A stretch of 57,596 nucleotides of DNA from Girardia tigrina. Lineage: Eukaryota. Below are positions 25,101 through 37,420 of the stretch, piece after piece. The notes beneath the pieces are model-generated. The model saw nothing but the letters and a program-made list of their open reading frames with translations. It was not told where the DNA came from and ran no database searches. The translations under genes and the position numbers were made by a program. Numbering within the stretch: the stretch's first letter is position 1; every line of letters begins with the position of its first letter. The stretch is taken from contig MQRK01204239.1 of assembly GCA_001938485.1 (NCBI GenBank), positions 5,912 to 63,507 of the forward strand. Direction: 5' to 3'.

Positions 25101-28100
25101 TTTAAAGTTTCCCGCCTTACATTATTTTCCCGCATGACACAATGCCACAGTGTACGGAATGATGTACCCCCTATGAAAATCATATAATACCTCCCCCGAA
25201 TACCCTATCAAATAGAAATGAAAACATATGTTCTCATAGATAATGAAAACGTTATTAAAAATTTAAACTATATTTCCTAAAGAATTAGGCAAATTACGCT
25301 GAGGTGTAATTATGTTACATATAAAAGGGTTAGATGTACAATAGTTCTTATATTAGAGTTATGGCATAAAATTCACTGCCTTGGACATCGTTTCCTGTGC
25401 AGTTTTTTCTCTGCTTTCTTATATGTTAGTATTTTCTTTTCTTCATGCTCGACCTCCTTTATTCTAACCACAATCAAAGCCACTTTCTTTCGATTTTATT
25501 CATTCATCACTTCTTCTCGTCACTTTCAAGACTAATTTTCTTGTCAATCACCTCCTTTTATGCTTGAAGCAGTTGTTGACGTTTCTTACTACGTTCAATT
25601 TCCCCTTCAATTTAAAAGGATGCAATAATATTTATTCAGCATTCTACCCTAATTTAGTGTTAAGTTTTTCGCTTTTAAATTTTCGCTTTCCTTCAATTAC
25701 AGCTGCCTTTTCGGAAGCTTTATGCTGTTCCTTTTTTAGGCGCTCTTTATATGCCACGTACACGTTAAATCATTTTGCTAAAAGTTCCTCGCCAATGGAA
25801 AACGTACAACAGGTCTGTTTGGTGGCCTCCAAAAATTCACTTACCGTGATCCAAGCGTCAACGGTATTTCGCCATTCTAAAGTCCTAACAATTGTTGGTA
25901 GACTTGAATGGTCAGCAGTCTGGAATAGGAAGTTATTATCCACGATGTGGATGCAGTACCTTAATTCTGCCTTCATTGTTGTAATTCTTTCAACATACTT
26001 AGGTTTAGAATTCAGGGGTGTTACTACTAACGAATTTCAGCAGAGAGGCGCAGCTTGCCTTATTCGAGCAATTTTTCTCGTGGGTTTTCCCTTCTGTGTG
26101 TGAAAAAACGGCATATACTTCTAATTTCAAGATGAAAGTTTTTGATGCATTTGGTAAAATATGCACTGTTTTTATCTCTTATTGGATTCAACCACGTTTT
26201 AAATGGCAATGCATCAGTACCAATCTTATTTAACCAGTCTTGCTGAAAGGGAGTCCTTGGTTTGTTCATTTAAAATAGATAAAAATGAGAAATAGTATTT
26301 TCAAAAATCACGATGTTCCGATAAATATGAAATACACTGTAAAAACCTTCCAAACTTAGTATCATTCATACTGTATTCGACCTATGTTTAAAACAATCAA
26401 TTTATTTTTTTTATTTAATTGTATATTATCCTATTAGTACGCTACATAAATCAGTGTTCAAATATAGATAAATAGAGAAAACATACATTTGGCATGAAGA
26501 CACTGCGTATTCCATTGTATTAAGATAAGCTATTCTATAAAGGCTCTAGAAAAAAAGAGACTTAGATCAATGTAAACCAGTAGATCTGATGTTTTGTGTA
26601 GCTCTCATAAAAAACATCAATGTTAAGTTAAATAGTTCCAAGTGATATTACTAGGAGGATTTCAAGTTTATAAATGAGAGATAAACCAAACATCAAAGCA
26701 TCGAGAAAGATATAAAACTGTAAAAGTAAAAAAATACAATTTCAAATAAAAAAATTTAAAAATAAAATTTTTAAATACTGTTAAAGATGTACTAGATGTC
26801 AAAAAGATGGATGGACTCAATTATCGATTAGACTATTACTATTAAGACTATTAATTCAAAATTACTGAAACCAAATACGTACTAATTTGGTATATATGAT
26901 GTTAGGACAAATGAAAAATTAAGACTTAGTTAAACTGTTCTGTCGTACAAGAACAAAGATTTGTTATATTAAGTTGTAAGGATAAATGATAGATGAATTC
27001 GACTGAATCAAAAATACCTTGATCTATTGTTTTTATCTCTAAATAATTCCTCCAGGAAAATGAAAATAGGTTTTCACAAAAATGTAGAAAACAAAAATAA
27101 AACACAAACACATGTTTGGAAATATTGAGATTCGTTTACTCTAGAAGTCAATGTATAACATTTATTAACAGACGGCGTAGTACGCAGTACGTATATCTGA
27201 AAAGATTTATTTATTAAGAAAAAAACGTAAATTACAAATCATAGTCACTTTTAAAAAAATTGTTAACTGATGAGTTTCTGTACGAATTTCTAAAAAGGAA
27301 AAACAATGCGGGTGTTATAAATAATATAAGTTAGCATTTAAAGTATGAAAGTCCAAGTTTACTTTTTCCATTTCATTAAGAAAAAACATTATCAATCATT
27401 TATCATTACACGATGAAAAAACATCCAGCTGCATTTCAGTTTTTCCCGTAATTCTCGCTGTTTTACAAATTTTCCCCAAATGCGGGATTTCCCGCACGGT
27501 CTGGCATCACTGACTTTTACGTTTCATGTTGTGTTCTCGTTAAAACCGCGTTCAATCCAATATGCGCTCCAGCACAATACAATGTTACTAGACATAATAG
27601 AAAAAATTTATAATTTTTTAACTTTTAGAAATTAATTCATAGAGCAAAGGGTTAAGTATTAAAATCTCAAATTGAAAAATTTGTTTATTAGTAAAACCGA
27701 AAATATATCGAATCTAATAGTTCAAGCTACTGATCTAATTTATAATGATTAAAAAATAATTTTGATTTTTAATAATTTTAATGTTAGTTTCGTGTTTTTT
27801 GCATAATCAATAATTGTGGCTAATGTGTACCCTCGTCCATAAATAATAAGAGAAAACAGACACGGGTACCTAAAAATGGGACCTGTAACGGGGGTACTTT
27901 AGAGAGGTGGCCACTGCCTCTATCGATTGGGGTTGAGGATACAAAATTCATGGTCAATTTGGGCCCTAATTGATTGATTGATCCAGCGCGGCTGTTGAGT
28001 GCAAAGACGCAGCCTCCGTATTCGGCCTACCGGAACGGTTTGAACACCACAATTCGATATCGATCGCTCGAGTGGCAGTAATCGACCGAAAATAAATCGA

Positions 28101-28910
28101 ACACGGTCGGCGGAGGCTTGTTGTTTACAACGATGAAATTATTCAGAGTCATCGATTGAATTGAAGCAAAGTAGCGACTTCAAATATCATTTTTTCGAAG
28201 ACAGAAAAATATGGTATTCAAAAGAAATTTTATTATAATTTAAAATATTTATAAAAAAGTGATTCAGAAAAACAAATTGTTTTTATCACAAATCCTAATT
28301 AGTTTTTTTGTTTGTATTATGAACTGTTTTTAAAAATATGAATATTGGATTTTAATATATAGATATATTTATAAATATTAATATTTAATTTTTTGGTCAC
28401 TACAGTGGCCATTTTTCTTTCTCTCTCTATTCGGGTACTGACGAGGATCGTTTCTCGTTCTCTCAGAAATTCTTGACGAATTTTGGTGCGTATCTCGGAT
28501 TGCAATGTCATTTTGTCTGTGATAGATCGATTTTGAGGGTCGTTTATGGTCAATTTGAATGCGATATCACTGATGCCGCAATTCAATAATTTCGATATTC
28601 TCATATTTTAAGTAATAGAAACGAATTCCTTGATCAATTTTTTATTTCAAAATATTTTTTGTGTGGAGATTCCGCTTATACAATTTAGGTTATTAAAACA
28701 TTTTTTAAAACAAATTAACCATATTTACATATACGCATTCATATGGTTTTCATATCCTCATTCCAAAGAGATTTTTCTCAGAATTATTCAAATTAAAAAA
28801 AACTTAAATTTTATTTACTTCAAATTCTAACTTTATTATAAGTATCTTATTTATAAGCATAATTTATAAGATATTTTATTTCTCAACATTTAAATAATTA
28901 TTAGTGTTAC

Positions 28911-28951
<41 letters not shown>

Positions 28952-31900
28952 TTATCTATATTTATAATAAAAGGTTAAAAATAGAACTACAAAAAATATC
29001 CTCAAATAAAAAAACAGTTATTTTAATAATCAGAAATTTGTGGGAAAATTCAAAAAATTGTAATTTAATAAATTATTTTCGTCCAACCGTATTCTTTTCT
29101 TTATTTAAATGTCGGAAAAGTCAGAAGACATTTATACGACTAATGCCTTTCGTAACATTTATTTTATTTAATTCATTTTTAAAGGCACATTTTTGCTTAA
29201 TTCTACATAAGTTCGATCAATTTTTTAATTTTCTCAACCAACTTTTGTGTTTTAATTTTAGTCTTTGTGATTTATTCTTTCTCGAATTTTCCTTGATGAA
29301 CAATATGTACAAATTTGTAGATACGAATATAGAGATTATATTAAGTAAGTGAATTTTGCTGCATTTTTTATATTTAATATATTTGAACTTTATTTATGAT
29401 TTTCTATAATTGATGAAGTTTCTTATAACATTGTTCAATTTTGAGTGTTGGCTTTTTTCAACCTATCCTTTATTCAGACATAGAAAATTAAACAAACAGA
29501 TGAATAGTAACTTGCTGATAGTATAGAAAGAGGAGCACGAATGTATCATTATATATTGAAGGAATGAGAAATAAAAATTATTTTTAACATTTGTTTCTCA
29601 CTTTCTATGATTAATTTATTTCGTGTCACTATCAGATCTAGTTTTATTATATGTAATATACAGATCGTTTCATAATTCACTGCAAGTTTCTGAGTATTGT
29701 ATGTACGGCAATTCATAAATCCTTATAGGAATGAAGACATATATACACTGTATATTATGATCAAATGGATCAAGTTGTAATCTACTCTTTTCAATGCTTA
29801 AATGTAATCTGCGGAAATGTGATTATTAATAGAGCGCAACACAGTCACTGAAATTACCGAAAATGCTTGTCGAATCATGTTTTGCAGTTCTTACTTGGTG
29901 TTGAACTTCTGTTTCACGATTTTGAGTTTTAGCATCACCAAAAGTGCATTATCGTAGGAAGAAAGATCTAGGCTACGTAGAGGCCAGGAAATGTGGCCAA
30001 ATTTACTTATCCTTTGGTCTCAAAATTGCTGACTAAAAAGTATCTTGTTTTTAAAGCAGTTTGAGCCAAAGCTCCATCTTATTAAAATTGCAGGCAATCA
30101 TATTGCATTTAGCACCCAGAGCTTGTGAAAATTCAGTCTGCAAAAGATGAATATAAGATTCAGCAGTTACTGAGCCATCAATGAAGAATGGCCTAATCAA
30201 ATATTCTGCAGACATCTCTGCCCAGGTCATAACAGTTGGATGTTCGGCTACGTGCTCATAAGAATGTGGATTTACTTCACTCGATATGCAAACCTGTGAT
30301 GTTTTAATATCAGCATAAAATGCGCACTCATCTCTGAAAAAAATATTTTCACGACATCTTACATTGTCGAACTTATTCAATATTGCATGACAACATATTA
30401 CACCATTACCATAATCATCTTCAATTTAAAATTGTACTTTCACAGGCCTTAAAATTTTGTAACCCAGATCTTTAGAAACTCTCCATGTTATCGATCATGA
30501 CATTTCCAGATCCTCAGCTCTTTGACTGAGATATAAAAGATTAGATAATAAATATAAACACATGCTACACAGTATTTCAAAATGTTTACCTAACTGAATT
30601 CTTCGGATCTGTTAGGATGTATTGTTGAACATCATCCTGCAAAACAAGATCTTCATTGAAACGACCAGCATGGTTTTTATCAAGAATAGAAGCAGTTCGA
30701 AATAAATTTTTTGACCATGCCTTAATGCAGCGCAAATGAGGTGGCCCATTGTCAAATTTCTCACGTAACCTCTTTTTCAATACTCTCGTGTATGACACAG
30801 ATTTATCACTTTCATAATACCTTACTGCCCTAGAATATGCAACTCAATTGAATAGGCGCTTTGGTTTGCCATGACTATAGAAACAGAAAAACAAAATAAG
30901 AAAATGAGAGAAAATGATTACGTAAAAACATCTATGCATTAATGGCCATAAAACTCTGAAAGTGGTAGTAAATTATGAAACGAAATGTATAATTGTAATT
31001 GAGAACCTCTTTAAATATGGTTGAATAATATTTATTTTTGATTTAATTATTTCAGAAGTTGATTAATGAATCCATACTAAAATGTAAGAATGAACATAAA
31101 GAAATCAATGAAAAGATTAAAAAATTAGAAAATAAATCAAATGAAATAAAAGTAAACTATTTTCATTGATATTTTATTAATTCATTGAATGATGTTTTGT
31201 GTTTGGAATAAAAATTGAATATGCTGCTATGAAATAAAAATGGTAAATGATGATTTGTGAGTGAAGGATAAATAGAAAAAATGATTATTTTTTTTATTCT
31301 TCGTTAATTTTTAAAACATTCAATTATAAATTATTTATTTTAATTTAAATTCCAGTTTACAATTAATTCCTATAAAGCATTATGATCTATTATTTTACAA
31401 ATTCATTTTATTTACAATTTTTGTTACTCCGAAATTTTGATTTTTTTAAACTTAATTTTTATAAAAGTTAATCCATTAGTAAAACATCCATAAAATATAA
31501 TTTTTATAAAAAGTTAATCCATTTTAATTAGTAAAACATTATTTTAACTTAACTTATAAATATGATTTTCAATTATAAAATCTTCAAAAATTTAAAGTTA
31601 ACCAAAAAATCCCCAACAGATAATAAATTTTATATTGATTGAAGTAGTGTAAGAAAGACAGAATGAATGAAATAAATGAAAGTTTTTTAACAGTCTTGAG
31701 ACAATATTTTAATATAGAATCATTTTTTACAGAGAGAAACTACGAAAAAAATCGATGAAATAAAGAAAAATTTAACCGATTTGAAATCGATATCGAATGA
31801 GAGCGATAAATCAATAACGACTATGATGAATGAAATGAGAGTGTTGCAGAATAATCAAGAACAAGTAAACTGTGGAGAATTCGTATGGCGAATTGATAAA

Positions 31901-32359
31901 TGGAGAGAGAAAATGGAAAAAGCGCGAGCGAATGATGATTATTGTATCGACAGTGAATCATTCTATTCTCACAGAAATGGTTATAAATTGCGTCTCTCTG
32001 TGTATCCTAATGGATGGGAGAGGGGTTACAAAACTCATTTCAGTGTCTGGTGTCGTGTGATGCGCGGCAACTTTGACGATATTTTACCCTGGCCGTTTAA
32101 ATTTGCCGTAAAATTTGAGTTGATCAATCAACACACAAATCAAATTTACAGCTGCTCTTCTATCAAATATAGCGCTCCTGGGAATAGATCTATTTTTTTC
32201 AGAGATATTTCTTACAACGATAACAATAAAAAGCCAAAGGAGAATGAATCAAATTGGATCTGTCATAATCACAAATTTGTCTTATCTAAAGAATTATCGA
32301 ACAATCTTTCTTTGATCGATAATGATCAAATATTTATCAGATTCACATTACATCAATAA
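11065..32359 (+). CDS. TRAF: TNF receptor-associated factor (TRAF)-family protein, ~479 aa; exons 11065-11613, 11661-11768, 16729-16788, 31056-31151, 31733-32359
   Basis: N-terminal RING (CIFC..CSCRYCLEC..CPG) plus TRAF zinc fingers, coiled-coil exons and a C-terminal MATH domain. All junctions are GT-AG in phase 0 and join without stops. Joining the distant halves is inferred from domain order and splice phase. Confidence 0.8.
11661..11768 (+). CDS. TRAF: TRAF coiled-coil exon
   Basis: 47-bp intron 11614-11660 (GT..TTTATAG). Exon reads KCINNLQINFEAKIKEINENMRKDKMEFQKDQEGMK, donor AAG|GTGCAT. Confidence 0.8.
11900..12720 (-). mobile_element. Degenerate Gypsy RT/RNase H relic in TRAF intron
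   Basis: Minus strand gives SVLVYSDDILIY (YxDD) near 12660-12690 and FVLDADAS (RNase H) near 12245-12270; many stops. Confidence 0.65.
13781..13885. repeat. 33-bp minisatellite x3
   Basis: Unit AATTTAAATTAGAGTAAAAGAAAATTTAAAGTT repeated three times. Confidence 0.85.
16729..16788 (+). CDS. TRAF: TRAF coiled-coil mini-exon (paralogue of the previous exon)
   Basis: TATTATAG|ATT TGT ATT AAT AAT CTG CAA...GAT ATG AAG|GTATGT; reads ICINNLQAKFGLKKDQEDMK, 60 bp, phase 0/0. Confidence 0.7.
17064..17209. repeat. 146-bp direct repeat, copy 1 (copy 2 at 18845-18990)
   Basis: TTAATATATACTGTTAGACCACCCAAAGGCTAC...ATTTGTCAGT is near-identical in both copies (about 3 substitutions). Confidence 0.92.
18230..18610 (-). 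pseudogene. EF-hand protein fragment
   Basis: ORF 18072..18467 contains EASNLIKSVDLNKNGRLNYVEF, a canonical 12-residue EF-hand loop with flanking helices. Upstream frames are broken. Confidence 0.55.
18845..19047. repeat. 146-bp direct repeat, copy 2, extended into an LTR-like unit (TGTTAGACC...GGTCTAATA)
   Basis: Homologous to 17064-17209; 18856-19047 has terminal inverted 9-mers. No TSD seen. Confidence 0.7.
21121..21329. mobile_element. piggyBac-like MITE
   Basis: TTAA on both sides (21117-21120, 21330-21333); TIRs CACGTTTGCGGACA / TGTCCACGAAGGTG (11/14). Confidence 0.65.
21911..22038. mobile_element. PIF/Harbinger-like MITE
   Basis: TIRs GGAGCTGTCCATAAATGACGT / ATGTCGTTTATGGATAGCCAC; 3-bp TSD TTA on both sides. 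Confidence 0.8.
22493..22550 (+). mobile_element. Isolated hAT-like terminus
   Basis: CAGTGGTGGATCCAGGG..GGCTAAGGTGGCTAGCTACCCCC has the same style as the 8731 terminus. Partner end not found. Confidence 0.45.
22986..24154 (-). mobile_element. mariner (DD34D) transposon, near-intact ends, centre in an assembly gap
   Basis: ~30-bp TIRs TTAGGGGTACCCAAATGTTATGTCGTTTTTT / AAAAAACGGCATAACATTTGGGTACCCCTAA (1 mismatch) with TA TSDs. The open C-terminus reads VILQHDNARPH...LPHPAYSPDLAPSDYHLFRSL...RWEKVIDCDGDYF (23060-23420). Confidence 0.95.
24875..25030. repeat. ~83-bp tandem duplication, probable transposon subterminal repeats
   Basis: ATTTCATAAAAAATTCGTGACAGGGGAGTAAATATTT..AAATTTCGT..AAGGGAAATTTTAT occurs twice. 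Confidence 0.7.
25080..27512 (-). mobile_element. Internally deleted hAT-like DNA transposon with CAGTGATGCCAG TIRs
   Basis: Perfect 12-bp TIRs (25080-25091, 27501-27512). Minus-strand relics FQQDWL..FKTWLNPIRDKNSAYFTKC (zinc-finger-like N-terminus) and KAELRYCIHIVDNN are fused to a C-terminal piece (FSIGEELL). Confidence 0.7.
29661..30987 (-). mobile_element. Degenerate Tc1/mariner-superfamily element (DD41D/rosa-like)
   Basis: TA-flanked imperfect TIRs CAGATCGTTTCATAATTCACT / AGTAAATTATGAAACGAAATG. Relics include an N-terminal HTH (ORF 30586..30798), IFFRDEC..RPFFIDGSVTAESY (30051..30380) and WPLRSLDLSSYD. Confidence 0.8.
31056..31151 (+). CDS. TRAF: TRAF coiled-coil exon
   Basis: TTTCAG|AAG...ATA AAA|GTAAAC; reads KLINESILKCKNEHKEINEKIKKLENKSNEIK, 96 bp, phase 0/0. 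Confidence 0.72.
31733..32359 (+). CDS. TRAF: TRAF terminal exon: MATH/TRAF-C domain
   Basis: Acceptor TTTTTTACAG at 31732, in frame with ORF 31781..32359: FVWRIDKW..SESFYSHRNGYKLRLSVYPNG..HFSVW..MRGNFDDILPWPF..FELINQ..DQIFIR. AATAAA follows the stop. Confidence 0.92.
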   Translation, partial: RETTKKIDEIKKNLTDLKSISNESDKSITTMMNEMRVLQNNQEQVNCGEFVWRIDKWREKMEKARANDDYCIDSESFYSHRNGYKLRLSVYPNGWERGYKTHFSVWCRVMRGNFDDILPWPFKFAVKFELINQHTNQIYSCSSIKYSAPGNRSIFFRDISYNDNNKKPKENESNWICHNHKFVLSKELSNNLSLIDNDQIFIRFTLHQ

Positions 32360-34739
32360 TATCGATTGATGAAATAATAAAATTTAATTTAAATAACAAT
32401 ATTATTATGTTTAATGTTTCATAAAAAAATTTTGAGAAATAAAATTTAATGTATTATTTTTATATTAGTTAAATGGTTAGAATAAAAATAGTTAAATGAA
32501 AGAAACTCTGGCAGAACACATGATCTTGATATGTTTTAATTTCTATTTGAATACAGCTTTTGGAAGAGGCAGCCTTAAATTTGCATTCACTTCGTGTTTA
32601 TATTGAAATTCCGATACATTTAAATCATAAGAAGACCAAGAACCCTGAAAGACTCATCTCGATAAAATTCACAAAGGGCAACTAAAAGTCAACAAACGAA
32701 ACTTACAAAACGATACAGGCGATAATAGGCAACAGGTAAATAGAGTCAATTATGATAGAAAATGTCTTGTGTAAAGAATGTCACACATTAGAGGAATACA
32801 ATCAACTAAAAAACACTAATATTAATGATTGTTTTTATCGATTATTTTTTTATATAATTTTATATATATATATATTTATATAATTTATATATAATAATTT
32901 AATGGGGCACTACAATTACTAAAACAAAAAAAGAGAGCGGGTGAGGGATTGAATTGTGGAATGAGTGTGTAAGAGATTTGTCGCATAAACTCGGTGATGA
33001 GATTTGGGTTATTTATAGTTTTGGACACGGCCGAAAAAAATGTTCCTATTCATTTTGAACCAAATTTAAAGATTCATAAGAGTTAAACGAATATATGCAT
33101 TCTTATCGGATTATGAAGAAAATTTTGTTGATGTCAAAAGAATTAATTTTTGTTTGTCAGATAAAATGTCAGACTTTAATGTGATATTCAATTATTTTTT
33201 CAATCAAATAATCGAGGATAGAAATGTAAATTGAATTAAAAAGAAAAAAAAGAAAAAGCAATGCTGACAGAGTTACAAAATTAGCATATCATTTAGAGTA
33301 GATCCGCTAGCGATAGAAAAGAACGGTGAACGTCTAAAAATCGAAACACTCTTAGTCGATGCCGTGACATTCTTTAGAGAGAATGTAATTTTGGAGCACT
33401 TAAGCTATTTGCAAAAGGCGTAAGTCAAATACAACTATTGTCTATTCTTAAACAGTAAAATAGTTAAGAGTCGGTACTGTGGATATCTTATCTATTTAAA
33501 TCAGTGTATACAGGTCATTAGATTAAGAGACGTAGTTTTGTGAAACGTACTTTTTTTATAATTCAAAAGGAGAATTATCGAAATGGAAAAGGAAAGTCTT
33601 GAACATAGAGAGAGAACTAGGAAGGAGTATCATCTGTTAGATTAGCTAGCTGAAAATGTCTTTGGTATGATAAAGAGTCTTGCTAGTTAGTTTTCAAATA
33701 GAGAAACCAGTCTTTAAATAAATCTGATTTTAGATGAGATGCAATAATTATTGAGAAAAATAGATTAATGTCAGCAAAAGTTCGGGAATGAGAGACACAG
33801 CAAACTATTATTGAAATAAGGATAATTTGTGAACCTATCTGGTGATAAAGGAATAGTGTTATAAAGAATAAATTGAATAAGGGGCGAGTCTTCTCTACCC
33901 GAAATAAATCAACGATTTTGAATAAAGTGAATTAAATAGAAAATTAAATATACAAAAATAACTCTAACAATGACGACTAAAGACTGAAATCAGAGAATTG
34001 CTCCATTACCGATCTTTCGAATAAACGAAGGAACTGAACCATTTCAGAATGTGAGTTTGTATGATGGTGACCCGATACAAGTTAAAATTTGATGCGGGAA
34101 AATAAGAGAGTAAATAAATATTTGTGTTTAAATGTCTTCAAACGACAGTTGATCGTTTAGAAGTCGCTGAAAGTCAAAGCGGAGTATTGAAATTAAATTG
34201 AAATGTGAACCACCTCAAAGGTTGACCAAGAAATATAAGGTTGGATATATCAAATTGATAGCACAACTTAGAAAGTATGAATTTCTTGAATATTAAATTC
34301 ACAATGAACACGATATTCTAATGGAATTAATGTGATTTATAAAAGATTCTAATGTGATGAATGTTTGGACTGTTGGATATTTTGTGTTTGAATGTGTATG
34401 TTGATTTGGCATTGTGTCTCTCCTACTCAGATGGCTGATTAATATTTTAATTCTTATTATCTAAATTGTAATTTTAATTTAAATCTATAATGTTGAAATA
34501 AAAATTTTTAAATGGTTATAGAATATAAAAATTTAAAATTGATAGAATTAAAATTAAGATAAAATTTAGGATAATGATTTTAACGAAATTAATTAAGGAG
34601 TTGGCGAAATGAAAATTTTATTTAACGAAAATTTGTTTGAAAATCTGTTTGTTATATTAATGAATTTTCATGTTAAATATTAATTGTGAAATTTCTGATA
34701 ACGACAATGGCATAAACGCGACAAACAGTTTTTTGCAAC

Positions 34740-34990
34740 CATCAACTTCTGTAAGAAGATTTATTCTGTGTTCTTCTGACAGCAATTAAGGAATCAATTT
34801 TGCAGTAACTCTTGTCAAGCCTAATTCTTCGGCAATAAATCGATGAAGAACAGTTCTAGGTTTTCCAGTAATATCTTTCATCTCTCTAAAGGATATGCTG
34901 ATATTTTCATTTACCAATCAGTTCCCTCTCGAAATAATTTCATCAGCTTTTGAAGTACACAATCGTTCGAGCAATTTTTAAACTATTCAT
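34740..34990 (-). mobile_element. mariner transposase N-terminal fragment
   Basis: Minus strand reads ISFREMKDITGKPRTVLHRFIAEELGLTRVTAKLIP*LLSEEH, corresponding to the HTH and the WVP(x)LT linker region. Confidence 0.6.
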
Positions 34991-35689
34991 TACTCAGTAA
35001 TTGTTTTTAATGTTTATATTTGTTTTCTCAAATAGACAAACATCGTGATGATGTTCTGTTAAGAACAAAACATGTTATGAATATTACTGATTTGATGAAA
35101 AGTTCCACGTGTATATATTTGAATTGAATAAATATTTTAGTTGAGTTATTATTATCATTTTGATTATCCTTTTATGATTGTTTGTGGAAACATTATAAAT
35201 AAATATCTGTCTATGAATGTTTTTCAGCACTTATTGTCAAAAATGAAAGCTCTAATGGGACAATATATTGACGATACAGATGTTTTTCGTTGTAAAAAGA
35301 AGTATAAGGGCAGTTTTGAGGAATTTCTAATGATTTGTAACTTCAAGAAAAGATTTTTATAATGTTTGATACGTAATTTTGATTTTCTGTTACCTTTTAT
35401 TATTGTATTTTATTATTTGAATCTAGTTCTAAATATTTTCATAATTTATTTTAATTTAATTTATTCATAATTTATTTAATAAATTCATAATTTATTTTTT
35501 GCATTAAGATTACTGGCGATAAATTATCGTTATGAAAATACTTGCGATGAAGTTTTAAATAGGATATTTTTTAAAAAAATGTAAGATTATTAAAATTAAA
35601 AAATTAATACCTCTAAATATAAGGGCTTAATTTTCATTTGCATCTTGCCAGAATAATTAATTATTTTTTTAATTTAAAAGGTAAATATT

Positions 35690-36145
35690 TTAATGTTAAT
35701 ATGCTTATTAAATATTTTAAAATTAAAAATGATATAATAAAACAACTATTAAAAAATCAAATACGTATTTAAAAATAAAATATTTTTTAATGTGTTTTTA
35801 AAATATCTTAAAAATTAAAAATGATATAATAAAGGAAAATCATAAAAAAATTAAATATCTATTTAAAAATATAAAATATATTTTAATATATCTATTAAAT
35901 ATCTTAAAATTAAAAAATGATAAGAAAACCATTAAATATTAAATATTTATTTATAAATAAAAATATTTTTACATTCATAACAATTTATAGAAGTTATGAA
36001 ACAATTTAAATAAATTTTAAAATAAATTTTTGGTTTTAATGTGAAAAATATTTAATGAATTTGCAAGATTTTAAATAAAGTTTTGGAATAAATTTTTGGT
36101 TTTAATGTGAAAGTTATTTAATGGATTTGCAGGATTTTAAAAATT
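35690..36145. repeat. AT-rich degenerate tandem repeats
   Basis: Three ~95-bp units containing AAAATTAAAAATGATATAATAAA, followed by two copies of ATAAATTTTTGGTTTTAATGTGAAA. Confidence 0.65.
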
Positions 36146-36449
36146 GAATCGAAAAAATATAGTGGATTAATTTGTGGCGAGATAATTAAATTAACAGAAA
36201 AATTTGTTTAAATATGTGAATTGTTGTTATGAATAAATTTTGGTGTTAAAAAAATGAATTCTGATATTGATGTTGCAACCACTTCTCAAACTAAATGCTC
36301 TGGCTTACGAACAACATTATAACATCGTGTAAAGTAACAACTTTACTTTTATGAATTATTATTAAAATAGTAATTATTTTAATAATAAACTCATTTGTTT
36401 AAATCAATAGTTAAAAACATGCTTTGCTTATTTAATTATTTATTAATGA

Positions 36450-37420
36450 ATGTTTTAAAAGCCAAAGGATCATAATAAAATCGGTAATTCTAACACCTCC
36501 AAAGTCATGGGATCAAATATCAGCTGTATTCACCGTCCTAGTACATATCGGTCACAAAGCTCTTAAATTTATAACGGAGCCAATGTCGGCAAACTCCTAA
36601 AAAATTAATTGAGATCCAGTTTCACACAGTGCACTCAAAAACTGATCACAGTTAATGGTAACGGTATTTTGCCTACAGAAAACTGCGACTCAATTTCTGT
36701 ATAGCTTACAAACAAAATTTTCAAATGTGACTTCATTCATGCAGATGTCAACCAATCAATCCTGGAATCCAATTTTATGGCCCATGAAGAAATTACAATT
36801 GACTGCCGACAAAGCCAGATCTAAATTAGGAACTATGTTGTCAAGATATCCAGGATCACCCACATTTGTCACATCACACTCTCACCCGACACTAAACAAT
36901 TTTAAAAAATTGAAAATTCAGGTCCTCCGATCGCCCAAAAACTAAGTCGCCTGGGTTCGCACATCCTACTGTCGTGTTCCCTCCGTTTCAAGACATCTTC
37001 GTTGGCCCTGAGCCCCCATCCGCTTTCTGAGTTAAACGGTAACTCACGCTTACCTTATATCTCTTTATACTCCCCTCGGTGATTGCTCTCTGTCTTCTTA
37101 TTGCTTATGGGAACAGACGCGTCTCCTCCGCGAACATCAACAAGTTGTGTGTGCATCGGAGCGTCTTCGGGTTCAAACCGGTAGCGAGTATTGCCCGACC
37201 GGTGGTCTCAGCTTCCTGAGGGGTCGATACTGTTATCCTTTACCAACATTATTCTAAACTTTGGGCTGCCATTTCATGTCGTGAACGAGAAGAGCCTCAA
37301 GAAAATAAGCGACGATCGAACCACGTGCCCCTATGCATTCTATGATCAATCTGCACCATCTCCAAAAGGGTTCTCGTCACTTCTCATTTGCCATTCAATT
37401 AATGTTCAGAATTTACATTT
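36450..37420 (-). mobile_element. Degenerate Gypsy gag/protease relic
   Basis: Minus strand CDKCG*(P)G zinc-knuckle remnant near 36850-36873 and ALCETGSQ (protease DTG-like) near 36610-36635. Confidence 0.45.

Noticed and set aside
27240-27295. Second hammerhead candidate (TAGTC...CTGATGAGTTTCTGTACGAATTTC)
   Set aside because: GAAA core is broken, stem II has only 2 bp, and stem I is not flush with the core.
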